From an uncultured Alphaproteobacteria bacterium (lineage in GTDB: Bacteria; Pseudomonadota; Alphaproteobacteria; ATCC43930; CGMCC-115725): a stretch of DNA of 64,000 bases. The position numbers and the translations under genes were made by a program. This document shows positions 8,403 to 19,119 of this stretch, one piece after another (position 1 is the stretch's first letter; each line of letters starts with the position of its first letter). The notes beneath the pieces are model-generated. The model had not been told where the DNA came from and searched no databases. It saw only the letters and a list, made by a program, of their open reading frames with translations. The stretch lies in NCBI GenBank assembly GCA_963730745.1, contig CAVSTA010000025.1, positions 1-64,000 of the forward strand, written 5' to 3'.

Positions 8403-9473
8403 TTACTGCTGCGCTGGCAGGCGAACGCCGCCCGGCCCGATCAGACCGGGATAGGGCGCCTTGAAGCGCCAGAACGTCCCGCTCGTTGCGCCCTCCAGGT
8501 AAATGAGCTGATTGTCGGGTCCGCCAAACGCGAAGTTGGTCGTTGCAGCGTCGCCGTTGGGGATCGGCACAAAACCGAGAATGACGCCGCGCGGATTGAT
8601 TTGGATAATGCCGCCAAGACCGGCCAATGCTGCCCAGAGGTTGCCCTTCACGTCGTAATGCATGCCGTCCGGGCCGCCATTCCCGGGCATGAAGGTTCCG
8701 GCCTTCACCGAACTGAAGGTCGAATGCGTCGGATCTTTCGGGCATTGCGGGCAGCCCATAGTCGGGCCGTTTTGGAATGTGCTGTACCAGACCCGGCCGC
8801 CCCTGAAATCGCCGACGGCGAGCAGCGCGTCGTCCGGCGACACGGCAATCCCGTTCGGAAACAAGCCGCTGTCCATGATCTTCCGCAGCATGCCGTCGCG
8901 TGAGTACAGGTACACGGCGCCTGTTTGGTCTGTCAGGTTCGGCCCCGGGCCGGTCCCCCAAGGGTCGGTGAAGAAAAGGTTGCCCTCGGCGTCGAAATCG
9001 AGGTCGTTGGGGCCTTTGAACAGCTGGTTGCGGTAGGTATAGACCAGAGTGCTGACCTGCTTCGTCTGCGGGTCATAGACCAAGATGCCGCGGTGCCGGC
9101 TCGTCAGGTAGAGCTTGCCCTCGAACCAGCGGGTACCCTGCGGCTCGCAGGTCTGACCCAGCTCGGGCGGCGGGTTGCAGTTGAAGACCGGGACGAGTTT
9201 GCCGTCCGGTGTCAGGTACGACACCCAGCCACTGCCGATCGCGACAAACCAGATATTGCCCTGGGTATCGAACGCGCCGCCTTCGAGAAACTGGCCCTGC
9301 GGCGTGCCGCTGACATCGGCGAATTTTTCGACCGGGCCAACCCCCGCCGGCAACGGCGGCAACCCCCAGGGCTGCACCGGGCCCGGGGCCTGCGCGTTCG
9401 CCGCTGCAAACGCCAAGGAAGCCCAGAGTAGCGCGATCCCCACGCTCCGGATCAAGGTACGAAATAAACTCAT
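8403..9473 (-). CDS. Secreted SMP-30/gluconolactonase/LRE-family protein
   Basis: Signal peptide MSLFRTLIRSVGIALLWASLAFAAANA; lactonase-like repeats (GNIWFV, GNLFFTDP, PNGIAVSPD, GNLW). Confidence 0.65.
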   Translation of the reverse strand: MSLFRTLIRSVGIALLWASLAFAAANAQAPGPVQPWGLPPLPAGVGPVEKFADVSGTPQGQFLEGGAFDTQGNIWFVAIGSGWVSYLTPDGKLVPVFNCNPPPELGQTCEPQGTRWFEGKLYLTSRHRGILVYDPQTKQVSTLVYTYRNQLFKGPNDLDFDAEGNLFFTDPWGTGPGPNLTDQTGAVYLYSRDGMLRKIMDSGLFPNGIAVSPDDALLAVGDFRGGRVWYSTFQNGPTMGCPQCPKDPTHSTFSSVKAGTFMPGNGGPDGMHYDVKGNLWAALAGLGGIIQINPRGVILGFVPIPNGDAATTNFAFGGPDNQLIYLEGATSGTFWRFKAPYPGLIGPGGVRLPAQQ

Positions 9474-9493
9474 TGAATACCCCCTGGAGCAAG

Positions 9494-10726
9494 TCACACG
9501 ACCCCGTCACTGCGCAGCCGCGCGATATCCGAAGCGCTCATCCCGAGCCACTCCCGGAATACGTCGGCGGTGTGCTCGCCGAGCAGCGGCGCCGGCTCGA
9601 CCGGGGCCATAGCGCCGTCGAAGCGCACCGGGAAAGTCGGCATGCGCAACTCCCCATTGGGGTGCCGCATGGTCTGGATGATGCCGCGTTTCTCGAAGCT
9701 GGGTTCACCCAGCAAGTCGCCGCTGTCGAGCACCGCGCCGGCCGGCACGCCGGCGCCGCCGATCAGGCGCATCGCCTCGTGCTTGTCGTGCCGCTGCGTC
9801 CAGTCAGTGATAATCCGGTCGATTTCGGCTTCGTTCTGGCCGCGCGCCTCGCGGGTCGCAAAGCGCGGATCCGCGATCAGATCCTCCTGCCCGATGACCT
9901 TCAGCAGCCGCTGCCAGTGCTCGGGGTTGGCGGGGCTGGTGAAGACGTAGACATAGTCGTTGGGGCCGCCGGGCTTGCACGGATAGATGCCGGCAGGCGC
10001 CATGCCGCCGGCCAGTGACTTGGCGCCGTTGCGCATTGCCGGCTCGCCGCTCCTCGCATGCTGCACAAAGGCGCTGCGGGTGTATTGCAATTGGGCGTCC
10101 TGCATCGCGATCTGCAATCGGCGTCCCTGGCCGGTGGTATGCCGCTGATAGAGCGCGCCCAGGATGCCGATCGCCAACAGCATGCCGGTGCCGGTGTCGC
10201 CCAATGTCGGCCCCGGCTTGCACGGCCGCCCATCGCGCTCGCCGGTGATCGCCATCGTGCCGCCGCAGGCCTGCGCGATCATATCGAAGGCGAGGTTGTT
10301 CTCGTAGGGGCTGCCCTCGCCGAAACCCTTTACCTGCGCGTAGACGAGGCGGGGGTTGAGGGCGTGCAATACTTCCCAGCCGAGCCCCAGCCGCTCGATC
10401 GCGCCGGGGGCGAAATTCTCGACAAAAACATCCGCGTGCTTTGCCATTTCCTTGACGAGCCGCAGGCCGCGCTCGGATTTGAGGTCGACCGTGGCGGATT
10501 TTTTGTTCGCGTTGTAGATCATGAAATAATAAGCGTCGGCGCCGGGCTGCGGCCCCGAGCCGAGCACGCGGCCGGGCTCGCCGCCCTTCGGGTTCTCGAC
10601 TTTGACGACCTCGGCGCCGAGCCAGGCCAGAGCCTCGGTGCAGGACGGCCCGGCCTCGAATTGCGAAAGGTCGAGAACCCGGACACCGTCGAGACAATTC
10701 GGCGCTGCGCCTGCTCCATCCATCAC
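9494..10726 (-). CDS. CoA-transferase family III (CaiB/BaiF; formyl-CoA transferase-like)
   Basis: 410 aa with GVRVLDLSQFEAGP, ADVFVENFAPG, LGDTGTGM. Confidence 0.75.
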   Translation of the reverse strand: MMDGAGAAPNCLDGVRVLDLSQFEAGPSCTEALAWLGAEVVKVENPKGGEPGRVLGSGPQPGADAYYFMIYNANKKSATVDLKSERGLRLVKEMAKHADVFVENFAPGAIERLGLGWEVLHALNPRLVYAQVKGFGEGSPYENNLAFDMIAQACGGTMAITGERDGRPCKPGPTLGDTGTGMLLAIGILGALYQRHTTGQGRRLQIAMQDAQLQYTRSAFVQHARSGEPAMRNGAKSLAGGMAPAGIYPCKPGGPNDYVYVFTSPANPEHWQRLLKVIGQEDLIADPRFATREARGQNEAEIDRIITDWTQRHDKHEAMRLIGGAGVPAGAVLDSGDLLGEPSFEKRGIIQTMRHPNGELRMPTFPVRFDGAMAPVEPAPLLGEHTADVFREWLGMSASDIARLRSDGVV

Positions 10727-10822
10727 TCATTGTTCCTTCTCAAAACCGCGGAGCGTCACGATAGTGCAGACCGGCTTCCGGTTGAAACGCCTTTCGCCGG
10801 CATCAGCGTTTCGGAGAACCAA

Positions 10823-11260
10823 ATGAACGACCCTTTCGACCTGCAACGATTTGTCGATGCCCAGAACCCGGTTTACGAGGAGGTCTGCTCCGAATTGCGG
10901 GCCGGCCAAAAAAAAACCCACTGGATGTGGTTCGTCTTCCCGCAGATCGAGGGTTTAGGTTCTAGTCCTCTGGCCCGCAAATTCGCCATTTCATCTCTGG
11001 CGGAAGCCGCCGCCTATGTGGCGCACCCGATCCTCGGCCCGCGGCTCGCGGAATGCACCGGGCTAGTAAATCTCGTCGAGGGGCGTCCGATCGAACAGAT
11101 CTTCGGCTACCCGGATGATCTGAAGTTCCGGTCTTCGATGACCCTGTTCGCCCGCGCCGCACCCGACAATGGGGTCTTCATCGACGCGCTAAAAAAGTAT
11201 TTCAGCGGCCAATTCGATCCGGCGACACTCGCGCGACTGCAGGCTCTTCAGAACTCATAA
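10823..11260 (+). CDS. DUF1810 family protein
   Basis: MNDPFDLQRFVDAQNPVYEEV...HWMWFVFPQIEGLGSS. Confidence 0.6.
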   Translation: MNDPFDLQRFVDAQNPVYEEVCSELRAGQKKTHWMWFVFPQIEGLGSSPLARKFAISSLAEAAAYVAHPILGPRLAECTGLVNLVEGRPIEQIFGYPDDLKFRSSMTLFARAAPDNGVFIDALKKYFSGQFDPATLARLQALQNS

Positions 11261-11276
11261 TCGCCGCAGGCATCAA

Positions 11277-11642
11277 ATGACACGGCATCAACTCCGCATC
11301 AAACGCGTCTATAAGCCTCCCGACGATGAGGACGGCATGCGCGTGTTGGTGGACCGCCTGTGGCCGCGCGGACTGTCGCGGGAGCGGGCGCGGATCGATC
11401 TATGGCTGAAGGAAGCCGCACCGAGCGATGCCCTGCGTCGCCGGTTCCACGGTCAGCCGGAGGGTTGGGAAGACTTCAAGACCGCGTATTACGCCGAACT
11501 TGAACGGGAGCCGGCGCAGTCAGCGGCTCACGACCTTCTCGATCGGCTGACACGTGAGCCCGTAACCCTCCTCTTCGCGGCCCGCGACGAAACCCACAAC
11601 AACGCGGTCGCGCTAAAGGAATGGCTCAACTCGCAAAATTGA
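11277..11642 (+). CDS. DUF488 family protein
   Basis: IKRVYKPPDDEDGMRVLVDRLWPRGLSRERARIDLWLKEAAPS...LLFAARDETHNNAVAL. Confidence 0.65.
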   Translation: MTRHQLRIKRVYKPPDDEDGMRVLVDRLWPRGLSRERARIDLWLKEAAPSDALRRRFHGQPEGWEDFKTAYYAELEREPAQSAAHDLLDRLTREPVTLLFAARDETHNNAVALKEWLNSQN

Positions 11643-11701
11643 CAGGATCATCGATTGCAGCGTTAGGTGTGGCTCACCTTTATCACGCAAATTCAGGGAG
11701 A

Positions 11702-12220
11702 ATGACAGTGAAGCTGCAGAAGACCGGCGCCCCGATCCGCGTAGTCTGCGTCGTCCTCTCGATGATGGCATTCGGCGGCTCGGCCCGGGCCGACGCCGGT
11801 GCCGACATCAAGGCGCTCGAGGAGCGCTTTGTCGCTGCGATCAAGGCAAAGGACGTCGACGCAATCATGAAGGTGTACGCCCCCGGCCAAACGCTGGTCG
11901 TCTTCGATGTAGTCCCGCCGCGGCAATATGTCGGCGCCGCAGCCTACCGCAAGGACTGGCAAACGTTCCTCGACACAGTCGAGGGCCCGGTCACCTTCGA
12001 GCTGACCGACCTCGATGTCGCCGCCGACCGCAATCTTGCTTATAGTCACAGCATCCAGCGCATCGCCGGCACCGACAAGCAGGGCAAGAAACTCGATCTC
12101 ACGGTGCGAGTGACCGATGTGTACAAAAAGGCCCGGGGCCGGTGGCTCATCATCCACGAGCACGTCTCGGTGCCCGTCGACCTCGATACCGGCAAGCCGG
12201 ATCTCAGTTCGAAACCCTAG
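11702..12220 (+). CDS. Secreted NTF2/SnoaL-like (DUF4440-type) protein
   Basis: Signal peptide, then IKALEERFVAAIKAKDVDAIMKVYAP...GRWLIIHEH, an NTF2-like fold pattern. Confidence 0.5.
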   Translation: MTVKLQKTGAPIRVVCVVLSMMAFGGSARADAGADIKALEERFVAAIKAKDVDAIMKVYAPGQTLVVFDVVPPRQYVGAAAYRKDWQTFLDTVEGPVTFELTDLDVAADRNLAYSHSIQRIAGTDKQGKKLDLTVRVTDVYKKARGRWLIIHEHVSVPVDLDTGKPDLSSKP

Positions 12221-12272
12221 CTCGACGGCGAAAGCGCTTGACGACAACGGTAAGTCTACGCTAACGTAAGTT

Positions 12273-12581
12273 ATGGCTTACGAAGCGGCGTTGGCGGCGC
12301 TCTCCGATCCGACACGGCGGCTGGTTTTCGAGCGCATCCTCGCCGCGCCACGGCCGGTCGCGGCGATTGCCGAGGGCTTGCCGGTCAGCCGTCCGGCCGT
12401 CTCGCAGCACCTGAAAATATTGCGGGAGGCAGGGCTGGTCACCGAGCGGCGCAATGGCACGCGGCGGCTTTATGCGGCCAACCCGCAGGCCCTGGGTGAG
12501 CTGCGCGCAGCCATCGAGGCGATGTGGCACGAGGCGCTCGGCGGAATGGCCGCCGTGATCGACGAGGATCAGCAGGGATGA
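12273..12581 (+). CDS. ArsR/SmtB-family transcriptional regulator
   Basis: LSDPTRRLVFERIL...PVSRPAVSQHLKILREAGLV wHTH. Confidence 0.7.
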   Translation: MAYEAALAALSDPTRRLVFERILAAPRPVAAIAEGLPVSRPAVSQHLKILREAGLVTERRNGTRRLYAANPQALGELRAAIEAMWHEALGGMAAVIDEDQQG

Positions 12582-13045
12582 CGATCGCCCGGTTCGCGGT
12601 CCCGCCGATCGTTAAGACAGTGACGGTTCGCGCAGCGCCGGAGCGGGCGTTCGCGCTGTTTGCGGATGATTTCGCGCGCTGGTGGCCATTGGCGCGGGTC
12701 CACACGAGCCCCGACCCGGTGGATTGTGCGATCGAGCCGCGAGTCGGCGGGCGCGTCTTCGAACGCGCGGCCGATGGGCGCGAAACTCCGTGGGGAACGG
12801 TGCTGGCATATGACCCGCCGCATCGTCTCGCATTTTCCTGGATCGTCGAGCTGTCGCCCGAACAGGAGCAATTGGTCGAGATCCGCTTCACAGCCGAGGA
12901 TCGCGGCACCAGGGTCGAGCTTACCCACTCGGGCTGGGAGAAATTAGGCGACGCCGCTGCGAGCCAGCGCGAACGCTACGACCGCGGTTGGGGCACGGTC
13001 TTCGAGCGCCATTTCGTCGAGTACGTCAATTCCGCTGCAATGTGA
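12578..13045 (+). CDS. SRPBCC (AHSA1-like) family protein
   Basis: Overlaps arsR stop by 4 nt. VRAAPERAFALFADDFARWWP...TVLAYDPPHRLAFSW. Confidence 0.6.
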   Translation: MTIARFAVPPIVKTVTVRAAPERAFALFADDFARWWPLARVHTSPDPVDCAIEPRVGGRVFERAADGRETPWGTVLAYDPPHRLAFSWIVELSPEQEQLVEIRFTAEDRGTRVELTHSGWEKLGDAAASQRERYDRGWGTVFERHFVEYVNSAAM

Positions 13046-13060
13046 GGAGAGGAGGAAATC

Positions 13061-13724
13061 ATGGCGTCAAAGATGATCGTTCACGGCATTCCCGGCAGCC
13101 CCTATGTGCGGGCCGCGCTGCTGACGCTGGAAGAAAAAGGCGCGGACTACGAATTGGCCGCGATGGCCTTCGGTACACTGAAACAGGAGCCGCATCTGTC
13201 GCGCCACCCGTTCGGCCGCATTCCGGCTTTCGAGCATGACGGCTGGATTCTATACGAGACGCAGGCGATCATGCGCTATGTCGATGAGGTCGTGCCCGGT
13301 CCGCGATTGCAGCCGCAGGAGCCACGCGCGGCGGCGCGGATGAACCAACTGATGGGTATCGCCGACTGGTATGTCATGCCGCAGGTTTCGATGACGATCA
13401 CGTTCAATCGCGTCGTCGCGCCGCGCTTTAACCGGCCGATCGATGAAGAAAAGATCGCGCAGGCCATCCCCAACGCGCGGATCTGCATGGCCGAGATCAG
13501 CCGTCTGCTGGACGGCCATCCATGGATGGCGGGGGAGGCAGCTCAGCCTCGCCGATCTGCTGCTCGCGCCGCATTTGTCGATGTTCGCGCAGGCGCCCGA
13601 AGGCGCGCAGATATTGCAAGACCACAAGAATCTGACGGGCTGGCTCGCGCGCATCGAAGCGCGCCCGAGCATGCAAGCGACCACCTGGGACAGGCTGCTC
13701 GAACGGGTGGCGGCTGCCGCCTAA
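13061..13724 (+). CDS. Glutathione S-transferase, one apparent frameshift near 13530
   Basis: N-term GST thioredoxin-like fold (IVHGIPGSPYVRAALLTLEEKG...) and C-term (LSLADLLLAPHLSMF...LTGWLARIEARPS) in adjacent frames. Confidence 0.6.
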
Positions 13725-13739
13725 GTCGGGGGCCGAGCG

Positions 13740-14276
13740 ATGCTCATCAGAGCTTTAGTGGCGGCCACTCTGACACTGGCCGGCGCTGGTCCGGCCTCGG
13801 CCGAGGTCAAATCCGTGACACCGAACGGTTTCGAGGTCGCGACCGCGGCCGAGATCGCGGCGCCTCCCGATCGGGTCTATGCCGCACTCGGCGAGGTCGG
13901 CCGTTGGTGGAGCTCCTCGCACACTTACTCGCGCGACGCCGCCAACCTTAGCATCGAGCTGCGGGCCGGCGGCTGCTTTTGCGAGCGGTTGAAGGATGGC
14001 GGCTCGGTTCAGCATCTGCAGGTCGTCTATGCCGCGCCGGGCCAGGGATTGCGCCTGCGCGGCGCGCTCGGCCCGTTGCAGACGGAGGGCGTCGACGGCA
14101 CGCTCAGCTGGACGCTGAAACCGGGAGAGGGCGGCACCAATGTCACCTCGAGCTATGTTCTCGGCGGCTACATCCGCAGCGGCATGGAGCAATGGGCGCC
14201 CCGGGTCGACCGGGTGCTCGACGCGCAGGTGCAGCGCCTGAAAAGCTTCGTCGAAGGCAAAGCCCTGCCGCAATAG
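13740..14276 (+). CDS. Secreted SRPBCC/polyketide-cyclase-like protein
   Basis: Signal peptide, then VYAALGEVGRWWSSSH... Confidence 0.5.
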   Translation: MLIRALVAATLTLAGAGPASAEVKSVTPNGFEVATAAEIAAPPDRVYAALGEVGRWWSSSHTYSRDAANLSIELRAGGCFCERLKDGGSVQHLQVVYAAPGQGLRLRGALGPLQTEGVDGTLSWTLKPGEGGTNVTSSYVLGGYIRSGMEQWAPRVDRVLDAQVQRLKSFVEGKALPQ

Positions 14277-14447
14277 CATCTCACAATGAGGCGGTGAGGC
14301 AGCGAGAGGAATTCCTTGCGCGCAAAGCGTGCTTTTGGATCATCTCACCGCCTCACTGCCTCATTGTTCACGCCGCGCGACCCGCTCTACCGGGTGAGAA
14401 GGCGGTGTGATAGCCTCGCTCATCGTGGCATTCGGAGAGGGAAACGC

Positions 14448-15638
14448 GCGATGGAGAAGAGATTTGGCGTCGTGTCCGCGGATGGGCATTGCCGGCTGAT
14501 GCACCTCCCCTTCGACCTGTGGACGAAGCGTCTGCCGCGAAAATTCCAGGATGACGGGCCGCGGGTCGTGAAGGGGCCAGACGGCACCCGCCAGTGGGTC
14601 GTCGAGGGACGCAACTGGAGCGGGGTCGGCTGGGCCGGCGTGGGCCGGGGGCCGGTCAACTGCTATACGCGGGCGGGCTTGGCGGAGGAGCCGGAGCCCG
14701 GCATCTTCCGCGCCGCCAATGCCAAATATCGCTGCGAAGACATGGACCGCGACGGGGTCGATGCCGAGCTCGTCAACGGTCCCTATGAGCAGATATCCGC
14801 CATCAAGGACCCGGAACTGCGGGCCGCCTGCGTTCGCGCCGTCAACGACTGGGCGCGCGAATTGTACGAGGAGTCGAACGGCAGGTTCATCATGCTGCTC
14901 CCGTTGCCCTGCCAGACGCCGGAGGAGGCCGTCGCGGAGCTGATGCGGGTGGCGGAGTTCGGCCTGCCCACCGGGGTCATCTTCGACTGGGTCGGCGCTC
15001 CCGAGCCCGTATTGCACCAGATTTGGGAGCCGGTCTGGGCGGCAGCGGCGGAGACGGGCTTGCCGATCAACTTGCACGCCAACCCGCGCGGCGGGTCGCG
15101 CCAAATCGGCGTGGGGGTCCCAGGCCTGGAACCGCGCAATCAGTCGCTGATGACAGTTGCGAACTTTCCGATGGGGCTCATGGCGGAGCTGATGAGCGCC
15201 GTCGTCTTCTCGGGCATCTGCGACCGTCATCCCGGGGTGCGCTTCGTGCTCGAAGAGGCAGGGGTCGGTTGGGTCCCGTTTCTGTTCTGGCGCTTCGACC
15301 GCGAGTACGATTTCGGCGGGCCGTCCACCCCGGTCTTCAAGCCGGACATTCCGCTTTCCGACAAGCCGACCGAGTTCGTCAAGCGCCAGGTCTTCTTCAC
15401 CTTCGAGGTGGAAGAAGAGGGCGGTTTCCGGCGCGTGCCCGAAATTGGCTTGCGCAATTTCCTGTGGGCCAGCGATTTCCCGGGCCTCGACAGCCCGTGG
15501 CCGCATTCCAAGGCGATGGGACACGCTCCAGCGGAGGCGGCTCTCGGAAAAGCGGCGCTCGACCAACTGGTCTTCGAAAACGCGGTCAGCCTCTATAAAA
15601 TCCCAGTCACCTTCCCGCAAGCGCGAGCGTTCGCGTAA
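14448..15638 (+). CDS. Amidohydrolase-2 (ACMSD-like metal-dependent hydrolase) family protein
   Basis: VVSADGH...; IMLLPLP, HANP, WASDFPG are typical PF04909 features. Confidence 0.6.
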   Translation, partial: AMEKRFGVVSADGHCRLMHLPFDLWTKRLPRKFQDDGPRVVKGPDGTRQWVVEGRNWSGVGWAGVGRGPVNCYTRAGLAEEPEPGIFRAANAKYRCEDMDRDGVDAELVNGPYEQISAIKDPELRAACVRAVNDWARELYEESNGRFIMLLPLPCQTPEEAVAELMRVAEFGLPTGVIFDWVGAPEPVLHQIWEPVWAAAAETGLPINLHANPRGGSRQIGVGVPGLEPRNQSLMTVANFPMGLMAELMSAVVFSGICDRHPGVRFVLEEAGVGWVPFLFWRFDREYDFGGPSTPVFKPDIPLSDKPTEFVKRQVFFTFEVEEEGGFRRVPEIGLRNFLWASDFPGLDSPWPHSKAMGHAPAEAALGKAALDQLVFENAVSLYKIPVTFPQARAFA

Positions 15639-15714
15639 CGCGAGGCTCGGATATTGCGTCCCATCCGTTCGAAGCCTCCGCCAGCGGCAGCGCTGCCTTG
15701 ACCCAGCTTTGAGT

Positions 15715-15765
15715 GGGTTGTAGCCCCTCTCCTGCACTGCGGGAGAGGGGCGGCGAGCGTAGCGA
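15715..15765. repeat. REP-like palindromic element (cccctctcctgcactgcgggagagggg) between convergent genes; possible bidirectional terminator
   Basis: Perfect hairpin; the same family recurs at 38745-38880. Confidence 0.55.
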
Positions 15766-15788
15766 GACGGGGTGAGGGCCTTCCCGCG

Positions 15789-18085
15789 TCACAAGGCGAT
15801 CGACGGCGCATCGAGCAGCTTTTCCAGCCGGATCGGCAGCTCGCGGATCCTCACGCCGGTCGCGTGATAGACGGCGTTGGCGACTGCCGCGTTGGTGCCG
15901 ACATTGCCGAGCTCGCCCAGCCCCTTGATGCCGAGCTCGTTGACCAGGTGATCTTCCTCGGGGATCAGGATCACCTCGGCCTCGTCGATGTCGGCATTGA
16001 CCGGGATCAGATATTCGGCGAGGTCGGTGTTGTAGTAGCGGGCGCTCCGGCGATCGATCTCGGTCGCCTCGTGCAGCGCCGAGGAGACGCCCCAGATCAA
16101 GCCGCCCATCAGCTGGCTCTTGGCGGTCGTCGGGTTGACGATGCGGCCGGCGGCGAAGGCGCCGACGACGCGCGGACAGCGGATCTCGCGCGTTCGTGCG
16201 TGCACCCGCACCTCGACGAATTCGGCGCCGAAGGCGAATTGGATGCGGTCCTTCATCTTGGCGCCGCCGGCCAGCACGGCATGCCCTGGTAGAGCTTGCT
16301 CAACCCCTCCGGCGGAACGCCGTGCGGGATGTTCTCGGCATAGGCCTCGATCGCGCCGTTCGATACCCGGCGGATCGCCGCCTCGAGCGGCTCGGAACCG
16401 CCGTCAGGGTCCTTGCAGCGTGCCGCCGGTCAGCACCAGGCGGCCTGCATCCTTGCCGGCGAAGGCGCCGTTCGCGGCGGCGACGGCCGCTTGCGGCGAT
16501 GCGCGAGCGGATCTGCTCGCAGGCCTTGGCGACGACATTGCAGACGCTGGCCGTGGTGTTGGAGCCGCCCGCGACCGGGGCCGGCGGCAGGTCGGAATCG
16601 CCGAGCTCGACGGTGATCTTGTCGAGCGCGACGCCGAGCCGGTCGGACGCGGTCAGCGCGACCACGGTGTAGGCGCCGGTGCCGATATCGTGCGCCGCGG
16701 TCTGCACCTTGACCGCGCCCTGCGGCGTTATCGTCACGCGCGCCGTCGCCGGGCCCATTTGCGTCGGATACATCGTCGTGGCGCAGCCCCAGCCGACCAG
16801 CCAGTCGCCGTCGCGCATCGATCCGGGCTTCGGATTGCGCCGGTCCCAGCCGAACGCTCTGGCGGCGGCATCGAAGCACGGGATCAGGGTGCGGCTGGTA
16901 TAGGGCAGGCCCTTGATCGGCTCGCGCATCGTGTCGTTGCGCCGGCGCAGCTCGACCGGGTCCATGTTCAGCGCGACCGCCAGCTCGTCCATCGCGCATT
17001 CGAGCGCGAACAGATACGGCACCTCGGGCGGCGAGCGCATGAAGCCCGGCGTGTTGCGGTCGGCATGGACGATCGACACTTTCGAGGCGACGTTGGGGCA
17101 GGCGTAGAGCCGGGTCGAGGCGTCGGTGCCGGCGACCTTGTAATTGTCGGGCCGGCTGGTGACCTCCTCGCCCTCGTGGATCAGCGCCACGAGCTTGCCG
17201 TCACGGTCGGCGCCGAGCCTGACGTGATGGCGCGTCTCGGCGCGGTAGGTGGCGATCGTGAAGCCCTGGTCGCGGGTGGCGACCAGCTTGACCGGCCGGT
17301 TCAGCCGGCGCGCCGCGACCGCGATCAGCGCGGTGCGCTGGGTCAGCGAGCCGCGCGAGCCGAAGGCGCCGCCGATGAAGGGCGAGACGACATGGATCTT
17401 CTCGGGATCGATGCCGAGCTGCTCGGCGAGGCCGTTCTTGAGGCCGGTGACGTTCTGGCTGGCTTCCCAGACCGTCAGCTTGCCGCCGGCCCAGGCGCAG
17501 CTGGTGGTGAACAGCTCGATCGGATTGTGGTGCTGGGTCGGCGTCGCGTAATGCGCATCGACCTTCACCGGCGCGCCGGCGAAGGCGGCCTCGGCATCGC
17601 CGACCGCCGGGTCCTCGTAGTTGCTCGAGGCGTCCTTCGCGGCGACCGTCGTCGCGCCGGCGCTGTCGAAGCCGGCCGAGGGCTGCTCCGCGGCGTAGGT
17701 GACGTTGAGCCGATGGGCCGCTTCGCGCGCCGCCTCGAAAGTCTCGGCGAGGACCACGGCGACGATCTGGCCGCCATGCCAGATCCGGTCGGAGGCCAGC
17801 GGCATGATGGTCGAGCCGACATAGCCGCCGTCGCTGAACAGCTTGGTCGGCTTGATCGCGTTGCCGATGTTGCGGTGGGTCAGGATGTCGAGCACGCCCG
17901 GCACGGCGCGGCTGGCGCTCTCGTCGATGGCGGCGATGCGGCCGCGGGCGATCGCGCTGGTCGCAAGGAAGGCATAGACCGGGTCGGCGAGCGGCGTGTC
18001 GGAGCCATAGCGGGCTTCGCCGGTGACCTTCAGGCGGCCGTCGATGCGCGGCGCCGGCGGTGCCGATCTTGGCTGTTTGCTCCAT
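15789..18085 (-). CDS. Xanthine dehydrogenase/aldehyde oxidase family molybdopterin-binding large subunit (PaoC-like), ~2 frameshifts
   Basis: Start [31 protein letters not shown]...; long Moco-subunit ORFs 17201-18085, 16300-17904 and 15789-16277 in adjacent frames. Confidence 0.7.
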
Positions 18086-19116
18086 GAGTCAGATGCTCAA
18101 TTGGGCGTGCTTGCAGGAGGGCGCGGACCAGGGTCCGCCTGCCGAGCTCGGGCTTGTAGTCGTTGTCGCCATGGGTTTGCGCGGCGGCAAAGGCAGCTTC
18201 GGCGGCGCGCCGGGCAGCGGCTTCGTCGATCAGCGCTTGGCCCTTCAGCGCGGCTTCGGCCTCGCGCGCCCGCCACGGCTTGGTCGCGACGCCGCCGAGC
18301 GCGATCCGCGCCTCATTGACGATGCCGTCGGCGAGGTCGAGCGCGACCGCGGCGGACGCCAAGCGCGAACTCGTAGGATTGCCGGTCGCGGATCTTCAGA
18401 TAGAGCGAGCGCCGCGTCCACGGCGCCGCCGGCAGCCGGAAGCCGGTGATCAGCTCGCCCGGCGCGAGCATCGTCTCGATATGCGGGGTGTCGCCCGGCA
18501 GACGGTGCAATTGCTCGAACGGCATGACCCGCGGCCCGCCCGGGCCGGCGATCTCGACCGCGGCGTCGAGCGCGACCAGCGCCTGCGCGAAATCGCCCGG
18601 ATAGGTGGCGATGCAATGGTCGCTGACCCCGAGCACCGCATGCTTGCGGTTGACGCCGTCGAGCGCGGCGCAGCCGGTGCCCGGCTCGCGCTTGTTGCAG
18701 GCGCCCCAGGACGGATCGCGGAAATAATTGCAGCGCGTCCGCTGCAGCACATTGCCGCCGAGCGTCGCCATGTTGCGGAGCTGCGGGCTGGCGGCGAGAT
18801 CGAGGGATTGGGCGATGACCGGATAATTCCGCCTGATCTCGGGATGCTCGGCCGCGGCGGCCATCGTCACGAGGGCGCCGAGATGGAGCCCGTCGGCGCG
18901 ACGTTCGATGCGGGTGCCCGCTGGGTCGAGGGCGTTGATGTCGACCAACACCTCGGGCCGCATCACGTCGAGCTTCATCAGGTCGAGCAGGGTCGTGCCG
19001 CCGGCCAGAAATTGCACCGCCGCCATGGTCGGCGGGAGACCGCTGCCGTCGTGGCTCGCCGCCGCCTGGACCGCCGCGGCAAGACCGCCGGCGCGCTGGT
19101 AGAGGAAGGGGCGCAT
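18085..19116 (-). CDS. FAD-binding subunit (PaoB/CoxM-like) of the Mo-oxidoreductase, frameshift near the C-terminus
   Basis: [19 protein letters not shown]...[12 protein letters not shown]...NMATLGGNV; C-terminal [23 protein letters not shown]. Confidence 0.65.
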
Positions 19117-19119
19117 CTC

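Noticed and set aside
16120-18087. 655 aa ORF on the plus strand (and similar long ORFs 5172-6338 +, 19771-20628 -, 59417-59992 +, 38796-40121 +)
   Set aside because: Antisense to well-supported genes, Arg/Ala/Gly-rich low complexity typical of spurious ORFs in high-GC DNA, no domain signatures.
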